From Macrostomum lignano (taxonomy: Eukaryota): 64,000 bases of DNA. The notes below the pieces were generated by a model that saw only the letters and a program-made list of their open reading frames with translations, had not been told where the DNA came from and did not search any database. The position numbers were made by a program, and so were the translations under genes. Below, piece by piece: positions 1 to 32,765 of this stretch; position 1 is the first letter of the stretch, and the number at the start of each line of letters is the position of its first letter. The stretch is from contig NIVC01001334.1 of the NCBI GenBank assembly GCA_002269645.1, forward strand, positions 1 through 64,000, read 5' to 3'.

Positions 1-3000
1 CATCGCCTGCTGCCACCAGCCGCTCCTTGGTGCTGATCACCCGGCGCCCGGTCTGCGGGTCGATCACCACTACCAGATCGGTCGGCTGCAGGCCGCTCGA
101 GCCGGGAGCGGCCAGCATCTCTAAAATTTCGTCTGGCATCTCAATGTCTTCGTTGGCACCGGAGTCCGATGCGTCCGTGTCGCCAGCAGTCTTGGTAACT
201 GCAATCGTGTAAATTTTTTTCATCCACATAAAAAAGCGGTGACTACGAAATGCCAATCTAATGTGACTGAAGTAAAACTCACTGGCCGATATCAGGGCCG
301 TCTTGATGGCATCTTTGAATTCGGCCTCCTCTTCTTGAGCTCTCAGCTCCTCATCAGCCTCCGCTTCCTCGTCATAGGCCTCATCATCGCCATCCTCTTC
401 AGTTAGGCTACCGAGCTCCCGCTCCTCGCCAGCACCCGATGCGTCGCCGGCAGCCGCCTCCGAGGCTTTTCCATGGGAGTCGTCTTCCGGAACCTGACCG
501 CCAACGCCAACGCCGTCGACTCCGCTACCGAGCGTCGCCTTTTCGGTGGCGGTTGCCGCAGCGGCAGCGGCCGCGGCAGCTTCTCGGGCCCGACGACTTT
601 GTCGGATGGCCGCGGCGTTGCCGGCCTGTCCGCCTCCGGCGCGGCGTCGCTTCTGAGACGGGATGCTGATGGCCGCTGCGTCATGAGGTCCGCAATGGCA
701 TTCTGCAAAGTTTTTCAGGCGTTTGAGGACCCGATGAGATTTGGGATTTGGTGGCATTCAGGTGGATGGACTCGATGAGAGTCCGAGCATCGAGTGCAGT
801 TTGGCACGAACCTTAAGTACCTTAAGTAGAATTATTTAAGTAATCCTATTTTTTCCGGATTTTTTGTTGCGAAAGTGAAAACTGAAGCTTAATGCTCATA
901 CAAATAAGATGGAAAGATAGAAGAAATTGAAGCAGTTAGTTTACTTAAAAATAAAACACCAACCTTGAATGAAAACTCCTGAAACAGAAAAACAAAAGTG
1001 CAGTTTTCTATTGCAACTAAAAGGATAATTAGTGAACGCAACAAAATATACAGTGACAGACAGGTGGACAAGACAAGACGTGCGCAAGAGGAACTAAAAG
1101 CAATATAGAGCCAGATGCAGCAGCAGTTACGCACTGGCTGCATTCTATTATCAGCTTTTCGGCGAAACTGCTGACGTAGATTTCGCTGCCACAATCGGTA
1201 GGCAACCTGAATGAAATGGTTCAGATTCATATTTATGAAAGTCTTGAAATTGGCGACGGTAATTTTCACTAAAGTGTTATCTCTACTAGCATACTACTTA
1301 CCCAATTTTGTCATGTAAAATTAGAAATCAAATAGAAAAAGCACCGGTTAAAGTACAACTTAGGACCGATTCTCACCTGCACATCCTCTGCGATATCCTG
1401 CCCGGCCTCTGGTTCTTGAGAACATTCTCGGCAACGTCCTCGGCGTGCTGGGTCAGCACCGACATGAGCTGGTCCTGACTCAACGCCGCCACGTCGATTT
1501 GCTCCCCACCTGCATGGGCGTGAAATAGTGAAATAAAAAATTTGCATTTCGTCTACTTGTAGTAGCTGATGTTGCTAATCACTCTATTGCTTCTATGTTA
1601 TAGCGGCAAAATAGTCAGCGCTGTACTTTTGATCTACAAATCAAAAAGCTATGAATGCCGTTATTGTTTTCTGACGAGTGGAAATCAAATCAAATTTCCA
1701 TTTAAAAACAAACGCAAAATCAGACCAATCATACACAATAGTCAGTCGCTGACAATCTGCCAAAAAATGGGATGAGACATGAATAGCTGTCAGCTTCAAG
1801 CTTCTACTAATCTACAAAAATGCGAAAACAAGCCACTGCACTGTTCAATAGAAGCGCGTGAATCAAGGTTAAGTCGCTGTTATACGCTTCTATGCTATTC
1901 TATGCTTTGCCATGTCTGCTTTGTGCGCGGCAATGCGGCACTTACGAGTATGCTAAGACACATAAGACACAGGTTAGATAGTAGAAGCTGTGAACTCTCC
2001 ATACTAGTAAATTCGTAAGCTTTGTAATGTTAGAACTTCAGCAGCCAATCGTGGGCCGCGTTGAGGGAAGAAAACTTCGGCAGGCGAGCCTTAGTGTACA
2101 TTAGGGCTTAATTTGGGCGCACGCCGCTGGTGCATGCTTATCGATCCTGGCCTTACCCGGGCCAGCGTGCGCTGGGGCAATCAACCCCTTGCCCCCAAGC
2201 TGCAGGTCCTGCCCCTCCTCATCCGCCTGCCCCGCCGCCTCAGCCTCGTCTCTCTCCGATTGGAGGGTTCGCGGGCTCGGCGGTGAGGAGGCTCTTGAGG
2301 GACCGTCCGACAGCGGGCCGTCCGCTGCCTTGTGCGCCACAAGGAACTCGGTGGCATCGAAGTCGCCTCCTTTCAGGTTGAACTCTGTGCGTGATTCATC
2401 CGGAGTCAATATATAAGGTGTAACTGATTATTATTTGGTATGTAGTACTCTCAATATGAGTCGTAACTTTTAATAAGTAATTAATAAGTGGTGGTAGGCA
2501 CACTCGGTGTTAAGTAAAACTAGTTGGTGTGAGCTCCTTTTCGACTCCAATTCAAGCAAGCCTTCAAATCAGGTAACAAAAGTAAATGGCTTTGATGATG
2601 GTGCGAACGGCTGTTTTACTCAGAGTTTGACAATAACTCGCTTGAATCCTGATTACTACAAAATTCTTAATAATTGTCTCAATACTGCAGTTAATACTGT
2701 TAGATGTTCACTCAACAACGGCATATACATTTATTATATGTAGGTTCACACCAACATGTTGTGCTTGAATGATATAAAGGAATGAAGGAATGAAGTAAAG
2801 GTTGTTCATGACATTTGAGCTCCGAGTTCCTACCTCGCTTTACAGGCGATCGCGCTCTCAGGTTTCTTGCATCTGCAAGGTTGAAAATGAATCAATAGGT
2901 GAAAAACAGGTAAAACATGACCAATGCGAGTCAATAGACAGGCTGGGAGTTTAGCCAACAGAAGTAGAATTTGAGTTTGCTCACCCTGACGCGTTTTCCG

Positions 3001-6000
3001 TGTTTTCAGGCGAACGCTTGCCAGATCGTTTGAATCGGTGGAGGCGTCCTCTGTAATTGCAAGTTTGCGAGAAATAGCAATAGCGACAGGTAAGCAGCGA
3101 CAGGTACGCTTTCGCATACAGCAAAGAAAGCATTTGCGATAGCATTCAGATGCATTTTTCATAGAAAAGTTTTGCTTGGCAGTAAAAGTACTAAAACGTA
3201 AGACTAAGCATCAGTGCATGCTCCTTGCAACTCTGCACTCGATTTACACCCAAAAAAGATCAAACTCCTCATAAGACTTTCTGATTTTCGAGTAAGAGAG
3301 CTCTGCTTGACTTTGCTTTTTCGAGTTTTCAAGCAAATCACGCAGGAGCGCCGTTCTGCAGAAGCAAACCAAACAGAAGAGTCTTCCTCAGCCTCCTTCA
3401 GCCTCTCTATCGTGCAGCTTCATCAATGCTCCGATTGGCTTCTTGTGTGTGTTCAAGAAGTCTACCATCGCCCTTTCCCTTCTCGTGAGAACCTGTTCTC
3501 AATGTTTGCCGCCGGTAAACACACCTGTCCCGTGGCTTAATTCACTTCAGAAAGATTCCTCGGCATTAACAAACTTTTTACTTGTCGTTAATAACGCGAT
3601 TTGCTAAGCTACCGTGCTGGCGCATCGACTGAATTGAATAATGGAAGCAATCGATGAATATTAAAATAATAAAACAAAGCGCAGGACAGGAGAGCCAACA
3701 AGTCAACAGCGAAATTTGCTTCAATATGCAATACAGCATCCAGCAAAGCGGTTTTCGCCATGACAGGAATGATCAACTCACAGACTCAAGGAGCCTCTCA
3801 GCTCAGCCTAAATTCTGATTGCTGAGATTGTATAGTGGGCCACTTTATCCATGCTAAAAAAGGAAGGAAAGAAGAAAAATAACGCAGTTGGGAAGGAAAT
3901 CCCTTTGCGGACTGATCAGTCTGAGGGGGAGGTGGATGGCGCCACAGGGCCTTGGCGCGCGTGCCGTAACCAGGAAGATGGGGAAGGGATGCTGAAAGGG
4001 GCGCACTCTTAGTGACTGGGTTTGTGAGATTAAACTGCTTATGCATACGGCTAGCAACACACTTGACAATAGTGCTTAGGGGGAAGTGAACCGTAATCTT
4101 TTATCCCGGGTTTTTAATCCCTTCGTCCTTCTTATTTGCCGGATTTTTGTTGAAGCGCTACAGCGTGCTGTATCCTGTATCTTAAGTCCGTCAAAAATAT
4201 TAAATTCATATGCGACGGCTGATTGACAGTGTTTTAGGACGGTTGATATAATGTGTTGAGCGACACTAACGCAAGAGTGCAACCACACTTTCCAGAAGAT
4301 TCAGAAGGATCGATTTCAACTAAGAGCACCGGCTTCTTTTTTGTAGATTTGAAGAAAAAAGAAGCGTTTCAACCGCTCCCCTTCTCTTTGCACTGCCCCT
4401 TTTGTTCTTCAACTTTGACTGACCCTTGCGGTCAAACTTAGCTGCAGTGGAAGTGCTCCCGTGTCATGAGGGGATGGGCAGAAAGACCGAAAACTGGAAA
4501 AGAGGACAAAGGGACCGTGCCGAGAGAGTGAAGGTGTAATCAAGTCGTTTCATGCATATTTGATGCCTGGAAGGAGAACGGGAATTCTACACGCCCAATG
4601 ACGTCCGATAGCCATCACCGCTTGGCTCTTGTATGGTATTTTACAGCTGGAACATTAACATGAGATTGTCCCTCAAATTCTATTTACTATATTAATGCCT
4701 GCGCGGCGCCAATGGAGCAGCAGACGTAGAGCCTAGAAGATGCTTAAAAATAGAAAATTATCTATGAGCAGAAATCTATGCGTATATTGAGACGCATTCG
4801 TGCTCACCCAGTCCGTGGATGAAATATAGGCTAGTGAGCACAGATGCAGAGTGAGAGAAATAGACTGAAACAGACAATTAAAAAAATTATTCCGCACTAT
4901 AAGAAGCCGCTGGGAGTCCGCAAAGCCTAAGCATGGCTCTGTGCCATCGCTGTCTCGGAGCACTGAAAGAGAGGCAGCAGGGTGGCGGTAGGGCCGCTGT
5001 GTATGGTAGAGAGGCTGGACAATCGGAAAAAAGATAAACATGGCTGCAAAAGGTACAACAGTTGAAAGGAAACAGGTCTGTGTTGCTCAGGCGCACACCT
5101 GGTCAAAGGTAAAGCAGAAGAAAGGGCTTATGTGAAGCTCTTGTACAGAAGAAGATTCGAATTTTTTTATAGAGACTATGGAGGCGGTAAAACACCCAGC
5201 AGCGCTCGCCTTAGCAACTCTCAGCTACTCTATCTACTCATATACGCTATAGATAGAGCATTGGCGGCATGCACAGTGCATTTAGAACCCACCATCGGCA
5301 GTTGAGACTCGCGATTCCGGCTCTGTTCCTAGGAACAAATCCGCCGTTTTCAGCTGAACACCTCGACCAGAGCCTGAGAAAGAATGTTGGTTTCGGTTAG
5401 GTCACACTTTGACGTCGAAAGTGATTCCATAAGTTGTAGTTACGAATACTTGTAGATAAAAGCATACCTGCTTTCTGCTGCTGCTCTTGCTGCTCTTGCT
5501 GTTGCTGCTGCTGCTGCTGCTGCAAAGGCGACTGTTGAGGCCTTCTTCGCTGAGAAAAATTGCCCCACACACCGCGTGCTCTTGGCATGCTGCCAAACAG
5601 CTGAGGACCACTGCGGGCTGCACGTTTTTACATTCCAAAGATTCGAAAACTCGCTTTGAATTCTAAAAGAGGCGTGGGCACTTTTATCAATCGCACTCTT
5701 ACCTGGGCCTTCGAATGGCAGCTCCATCACTCGGTCGGCTGCCTCCCTGCGAGTTGTGTCGCCCTCAGCATCTTCTTCACCGCTGTCGATACTTGCTGTC
5801 GCATCAAGTGACACCGCCAACCGAGGAAGTTTCGGCCTCCGTCCGGATCCACCGTCTTCATGATCGCCAGTCCGAAGACCTCTAGTGGCCATCGGTGGCT
5901 GGTCTTCCACTAGTGGTGGTAGAAACCCATCTCTGCCGTCGTCCGGCCTCGCCGGTCGCTCCCAGTCAGGGGGTTCGAATTCCGGACCAAAGTGCTCACC

Positions 6001-7281
6001 TTGCATGGCAAGACTGCCGCCTCCACCAGCGCCGGAGCGCCTTGCCCGCTGCTGCAGTATTCGTTGCCGGCGCACGTTTTTATCCTGCAGTCGCTTTTGA
6101 CGAATCCTTTCGAAAATTCGTTCGTCCTCTGGCGAGAACTCTTCCCTTGTGACTCCACCGGCGCCGCTGTCCCCCTCCTCGCGTAGCGCGTTTGTGTCAC
6201 GATCCAGCAGGCTGCGGACGGCGTGCACCATGTCGAAGGGGCCTTCACCTGAAGAGGCGTCGGCTGTGCCTTCGCCGGACTCAGAGGCTTTCGCTTCCTG
6301 GACGGTGGGTTGGAAGAAGAGATCACAAGCTCAGTGGACGCATGTAAAAAACATCGTAGAGTTCTAGTAGAAAACTCACTTTCAATAAAATAATTTTTTA
6401 AATAATCTGTTCTCCCGAACTGTGCTTCGATATAAAAAACTTGAAATTAGTCTTGTTGATTAATGCGCAAATACGAGAGAAGCAACTGGTACCTGTGCTC
6501 GAGATAAGCCGTAGTTGAGCGCCGACTTTACCAGTAGTTTTGATAGAATCCCTTTTTGCGTCTCTTTGTCTAGCTCAGAGTACTTCACAAGCTCCGCTTT
6601 GTCTTCCGAAAACACCTGGATGTCGCCTCGGCTGAGACCGTCATCTTTAAGGGGTGGGAAAGTGATTGAATGCATGTAGGTGCAGCAAATTCAAGAAAAA
6701 GAGCATTATAAAAACATTGCAGAAAACTCACCGGACACCTCTTTCTTACTCCAAATAAAAGAGTACTCGTTAAGCGGCCCCGGTGCAATCAGCATCTGTT
6801 TCACGATTCGGTATGGTGCTGGGTACTCGCTGAGGTTGTCGTTTGCCCGTTTCTTGAGATGGGGCAGGAAAGCGTTGGTCTGAAAGATGGTCTTCTCCGA
6901 TAGCTTTCCCAGGCTCAGCCAGGTGTTCACCGTGTCCTCGTCCAAGGTTTTCGTCCAGGAAGCCAGGTAACGTCGGGCAGAGAATCCAGGTCGGACAACT
7001 TTTGGCTCTTGGCTGGATGTTGACGTCATCTGTTGGATGTCCAAGCATACTGATTCGTTTCCTTTGGAACCGAAGTTTAGTACTGTACTAGCCAACTCGT
7101 CCACCGTGATGGCGGAGAAGGTTCCCTCTGACTGATCTGCGCTGTCGACACTGGAACTTAACCTTCGACCCAGGTGTCGCCTGTGCTTCTTTAGAACATG
7201 TCTCGCCTTTAGGTTCTCAGATACGATGGACAGATTTCCCTTTTTTGAGGTGACCGTTTTCGGAATTGCAATGGTTGTCAT
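1..7281 (-). CDS. Multi-exon orphan gene encoding a low-complexity (acidic, poly-Q, poly-A) protein with a Cys/His cluster; runs off the window start
   Basis: Phase-compatible GT-AG exons read by hand: 7281-6732, 6644-6493, 6297-5703, 5617-5468, then an unresolved stretch at about 5400-3100, then 3050-2985, 2872-2834, 2384-2157, 1509-1377, 1206-1135, 811-283 (needs one extra base near 740-745) and 198-<1. No family recognised. Could be two adjacent genes. Confidence 0.6.
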
Positions 7282-9223
7282 GTGTAGTGCAAATTTTAAC
7301 TAGACGGGAAAACCAACTGCATAAGTGAAGAGGAGTCTGAAGTTTTCACTGACAGCCAAGTTGCGCCAGAGTTAAAAAACGACTGGCGGCGATGAGTTCA
7401 ACCACTGAGCAGACTTCCAAATTAAAAGTTGAGTTTGTTCTAAAGATGGTTGGAAAAACAAAATAGAAAAATAAATCTATTTGTTTACTTCGCTGGTAGC
7501 ATCTTAATCAGAATATTTCATGCGTAAAAATACATTTAAAAGTTTTGTTTTACTTTTACTTTAAACTTGCACTCATGAATTTCGAGCGCGTGAAGCATTT
7601 TTTTATTTAAAAATGCTTTGTGCTGATTGTACAGAAAGTTTTAAATTATATTTTAAATTTAAAAATCCTGAAATAAAAAAAAATACAATGAAAAAATAAA
7701 ATATTATTTTAAAACCCATAGTGAAATTAAGCAACGAAATTCACAGAAAGCGCAGTTTTAAAGCGTAAATAATTAGGTAGATTTATGAAGAAAAATTTGT
7801 CGCTTGTGTTTGATGACTACGAATGCTATTTAAAAAAATAAATTTAACTAATGAAAGTCTAACTAATAAAAAAATGACCATCAGCTTTTAGCTTTGAAGT
7901 TAAACATAAATTCAATGCATAAAATTTAAAGGACATGTAACTGTTCCTTGCATAATGCATTAATGCAATGTACGTCTTGATTTTAGTCTTGTAATATTAA
8001 AATTCTGATGTCCGTTAAATAACTTAATAATATTGATGCAACAATTGTTATGTTGGATTTCAGTTGGCTATGCGTTTTACGTATGGTTGACAATTTGACT
8101 ATGTTGAGTAAGATACAGAAAACAGTTTATCTGTATATATTTATTTAATTGTTTGCAAAGGAAATATTTATAGTGTGAGAAATTCTAAGTGCAAAACAAT
8201 TAATTTGCACGCATCTTTGCAGTACGTGTTTGGCAGGACAAAAACAGCTGATCATGCTCCCACCACAATTCATGCAGACTATAAATTCATCTAAAACAGA
8301 TTTGCGAAAACAATTGTTTGTTTGTTGGACTTTACAGCAACTTTAAACATGTATTCAGCTAATGTACGAGCTACCAGTACGTGGGATTGTTGGACCCTGG
8401 CACACTATGGAAATCATATATTATTATTTACATGCGATTCTAAGCATGCGAGCCACCCCAGTTTGTTCTACGGCAATGAATTTCAATCTTGAAATATCAA
8501 TTTGTAAAATTCTTTCTTAGGTCAAAGTCGGAGCACCGTCTATCCCACAGAATACCTGGTCTATCTAGTCTTGGTGTTTGGCTAAGCCATAGCTGTCCTG
8601 TACGCCAGCGCAACCACCCACATACAGAAATTGCGAGACTCCCCCCTGCACCTCACTTCCTAACTGAATCCCCACGCCAGCAGATCGGGAAAGCAGTTCG
8701 GGATCAACTGTCCACGCGTGGGGATTGTTATATTGGCAACAGCAACAGCTGCTACTCAAAAAACGCGTCTTTCTGTCTCCTGCTCTTTCTGTGCTCTTTT
8801 ACGAGCCACACTTCGATCCCTGCTCAGCCCCAGAGGGACGTGCAAGGTTTAAACGTACTCTTTCCTTTTCTACTCTCTCGCTTGCAAAGAAGGGGAAATA
8901 TGACACATAAGTCGGATCCTACGCCGCCCATGAGAGGCAAACCGTTAAAGCGAATCCCTGCCAAAACCTACCTCACCTCGAATTGTCTAATAGCTATCCA
9001 CTTTAATCCCCATTCGTGCCTCTACGTCGCTCATGCGTCTAGAATAATCATTTTTTACAAGTCTCACCTCAGCACAGAGAAATCATAAATCTGAGAAGAC
9101 CCCAGCAATGAATTTGAGAAGTTTACGTCCAAGCATATCCCAGAAATCTCAACAGTGAATTTTACCCCGCTGATCAAACACGCACAATAGCTACCAGCGT
9201 TGAAGCAGCAAAAATCTTCACTC

Positions 9224-29110
<19,887 letters not shown>

Positions 29111-29547
29111 AGTGAACGGCGGCCTCGGTTGAAATGCTGGAGACGAATTGGAAATTGCAACCAGTTACAAATCAATGAGACTAATTACCAACACTACACA
29201 CAGCAGACGCTTGTACCTTAGACAATTGAAGTACTGGGACGCTAAACATTGTGTTTTCTTAGAAGTCAGCTGGACGCCGATCAGGAATGCATTTAGTAGT
29301 ATGGTCTCAAGAAATCCGATGCTAATTATAGTTTATGGCTAAACCTATAATTCAGTGTGTTACGCGTTCTCTGGTCCTCTCTTGATATCACAGAATTTAC
29401 AGAAAGTTCTGTGCTTGATATTACTGTTACATTATTTTAATTAAAATTACACTATGGACAGTTTTGTGCTTTCAGACTTGTTTAGCTTCCATAACGCCTT
29501 GCTAGTAATAGTTAACCTACAGAAAGGGCTGCATATGTATGTACGAG

Positions 29548-29824
29548 TATACTCAGCAACATAGAAAAGTCGCCACTCTATACGCCAGTGAGCAATTTCT
29601 CTTGGACTATTCTGAAAGAGAAGATACGAGAAAACTGATCGGAGTAGCTTAAATCCGTCCAACCCCCTTCATTTTTCCCTCTTCATTCCTCAACTCAAGT
29701 CTGCCTCAAGTAGCTGAGTTGCGTCACTCCCAAAGATTGAGAGAGACTTTACCTGCACTCTCAAAAGTGGCGACCACAGATGGAATCTTCCGTGATGGCG
29801 ACTTTTCGATGTTGCTGAGAATAT
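29548..29824. mobile_element. Possible small MITE (about 275 bp) with imperfect ~28-bp TIRs
   Basis: ATACTCAGCAACATAGAAAAGTCGCCAC (about 29549-29576) is an imperfect reverse complement of ATGGCGACTTTTCGATGTTGCTGAGAAT (about 29795-29822). No clear TSD. Confidence 0.45.
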
Positions 29825-30249
29825 TACTATCCTTGTCGGTTCTTTTGGTTCCTATAAAATTGAAAAATTCTTTTGTAACTCCCGAAAAGAATTATTGATG
29901 CAGTCTTTGAACACAGTTTCTTTGCTGTTATAATGCTTAATTTGAGTTTTCAGATAATAAATACAATGTTGTCTTTAACGATGTGATGATTGCGAGAATG
30001 TTAATGATTAACGATTTACTAATCAATCGCTGATTGAAAAAAGACATTTGTTCCAAGAAGCAACAAACAATGAGTGAAGTACTCGTGATTTTTTCTGCAG
30101 TCGATTGGTTGATTGTGATTTCTGTGGTATGGATTGGCGTTCGCAATTTTTCTCTTTAAATACTCTTTGAACGCCCCCATGTGATCAAATGATTTTTGTG
30201 CTGCACTCCGCAACATGCTAAACTTTCCACCCTGAAACCAGTGGTCAAC

Positions 30250-31040
30250 TCACGATGTCAAGGCTCACGAGGGGACACTGCTGAGATGTCAATGCTCACG
30301 AGGGGACATTGCTGAGATGTCAAGGCTCACGGGGGACACTGCTGAGATATCAAGGCTCACAGGGGGAATTTCTGAGATGTCAAGACTGACGGGGGGAATT
30401 GCTGAAATTTCAAGACGGACGGGGGGCATTGCTGAGATGTCAAGGCTCACAGGGGGATTGTTGAGATGTCAAGGCTCACAGGGGGATTGTTGAGATGTCA
30501 AGGCTCACAGGGGGAATTTCTGAGATGTCAAGACTGACGGGGGACATTGCTGAGATGTCAAGGCTCACAGGGGGAATTTCTGAGATGTCAAGGCTCACAG
30601 GGGGAATTTCTGAGATGTCAAGACTGACGGGGGGAATTGCTGAAATTTCAAGACTGACGGGGGGCATTGCTGAGATGTCAAGGCTCACAGGGGGATTGTT
30701 GAGATGTCAAGGCTCACAGGGGGATTGTTGAGATGTCAAGGCTCACAGGGGGATTGTTGAGATGTCAAGGCTCACAGGGGGAATTTCTGAGATCTCAAGG
30801 CTCACGGGGGACATTGCTGAGATGTCAAGGCTCACAGGGGGAATTTCTGAGATGTCAAGGCTCACAGGGGGAATTTCTGAGATGTCAAGACTGACGGGGG
30901 GAATTGCTGAGATTTCAAGACTGACGGGGGGCATTGCTGAGATGTCAAGGCTACCGGGGGGATTGCTGAGATTTCAAGGCTTACGAGGGGAATCGCTGAG
31001 ACGTCAAGGGTTACGGGGGAATTGCTGAGATGTCAAGACT
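30250..31040. repeat. 30-bp minisatellite (CTGAGATGTCAAGGCTCACAGGGGGAATTT)n
   Basis: About 25 degenerate tandem units. Confidence 0.96.
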
Positions 31041-31544
31041 GAGAGGTCAGAAACTAAATGTAGTTTATTAAAAAAATGTATTCCATTCTTTGTTGGCTCC
31101 CAGAAACTTTTCCTCAGATCTCACGAGTGACGCAATTTACACTACGGCCGCGGTTCTCGTTTCAACTGTGTGGGTGATGCAGTTTGCGTCCCAAGGCCCC
31201 AGGCGAGGAGAGAGTGGAGAGTGGCTCTCTTTTGTACTCATGAAACGGTGACGCTCAATCCAAGCACAACCCCGCCAGTTTTTATATCAAGCGTACAGTT
31301 TAAAGGAGAAGGTGGGTGTCGTATTCAATTCAGTCAATAAATTTGATAACTCCAGCTAAATCTATTATTGATTTAGATTTGTAGAGCTCTGTAGAGGCAG
31401 AGGTCACGTGACTTCATGCAATTGGCTCACCGCGACTCATACGCTTGTAAAAGTGTGTGGCTATTAAATAAGGCTTCTTATTTCCATCATCTCAACTTAA
31501 GAGTTATTGACGGAGCGCCATACTTGTTGCAGCTGCTAGCAGGC

Positions 31545-32765
31545 ATGACTGGAACCGACCGCTGCCCAATCGTGTTTGACACCGGTTCGAGGGAGTGCAG
31601 ATTCGGATTAGGTGGAATGAAGCACGATAAACCTCGTTATTTCTACTCGATGGCTCCTAGACGAACCGATCAAAAGGTACAAAAGCGATGAAACTGAGAG
31701 TTTAATTTAGTTCTCATGTATAACTTTTCTTCAACTGACTTCAATTCATTCCAGGACGCTGTTGTTGACCAGAACGACAATTACATCAGTTCAAATGTAC
31801 ACAAGAAGCAGAGCGACCTCCCACTGGTGAGCCCGATCGAGCGCGGCGTTGTGATCAATTGGGACGACATGGAGAAGATCTGGCACCATGCGTTTTACGA
31901 CAAGCTCTCCGTGGCCCCAGAGGAGCACCCGGTGGTCCTGACGGAGCCGCCGCTCAATCCGAAAGCCAACCGCGAGACAATGGCGCAGGTCATGTTCGAG
32001 ACCTTCAACGTCCCATCGATTTACATTGGCTTGTCGCCCATAATGGCACTGTATGCAAATTGCCTTTGGACCGGTATCGTACTGGAGTCCGGCGACGGCA
32101 TCTCAACGGCCATGCACGTCTACGACAACGAGATACTCCCAAATACGACTTTTCGACTGGACCTGGCAGGCCGCGACCTCACCGACAACCTGGCGCAGAT
32201 GCTAAATGAGCGCGGCTACAGCTTCACCAGCACCGCCGAGCACAAGATCGTCCGCGACATCAAGGAGAAGCTGTGCTACGTCGCCATGGACTTCGAAAAA
32301 GAGATGCAGACAGCCGCCAGCAGCAGATCCCTGAAGAAGAGCTACAAGCTGCCCGACGGTCGGGTGATCACCATCGGCAACGAGCGCTTCCGGTGCGCCG
32401 AGACCCTGTTCCAGCCGTCTTCTTTTAAAATGGGGAAGTCAGGAATCCAGCAGATTCTAATAAGTAGCATTCTGACCGCTGACGAGGGAGTAAGGGACAC
32501 CCAATTCCAGCAAACCATCGTGCTAACCGGAGGCTCAATGCGTTTCAAGGGTACAAAGCAACGCCTACAGAAAGAGCTCGCCTACCTGGCGCCACCCAAC
32601 TTAAGATTCAACATTTTGGCCCCAACGCAGCCCAACTTCGACGTCTGGTTCGGAGCCTCCAAGTTGCCAATTATAAGCTTTGGTAAGCCATTGCGCATCT
32701 CCAAGACAGATTATGAAGAGTCTGGCCCAACCGTTGCGCACATCGGAGCGATAGCGGAACATTAA
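31545..32765 (+). CDS. Divergent actin / actin-like protein, 380 aa, two exons
   Basis: Exon 1 is 31545-31676 (MTGTDRCPIVFDTGSRECRFG...DQK), followed by a 78-nt GT-AG phase-0 intron and exon 2 at 31755-32765. Near-actin segments include NWDDMEKIWHH, APEEHPVVLTEPPLNPKANRE, DLAGRDLTD, RDIKEKLCYVA and LPDGRVITIGNERFRCAE. Confidence 0.95.

Noticed and set aside
2150-5710. Similar exon ends (GPG then gtaag...gataa) at 5703 and 2157 suggesting internal duplication
   Set aside because: Similarity is limited to the donor neighbourhood and the exons upstream do not align.
7300-9200. AT-rich region between the divergent orphan and CLC genes as a bidirectional promoter
   Set aside because: Plausible from gene orientation, but no specific promoter element can be supported from sequence alone, and upstream CLC exons may lie here.
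29450-31250. Possible minus-strand gene divergent from the actin-like gene (LRSAAQKSFDHMGAFKEYLKRK...)
   Set aside because: I could not assemble a phase-consistent exon chain; the evidence is too weak to call.
31545-32765. Actin-like gene as an intronless retrocopy starting at 31716
   Set aside because: A GT-AG intron at the conserved codon-41/42 site joins an upstream exon carrying the phosphate-1 loop, giving a full-length ORF.
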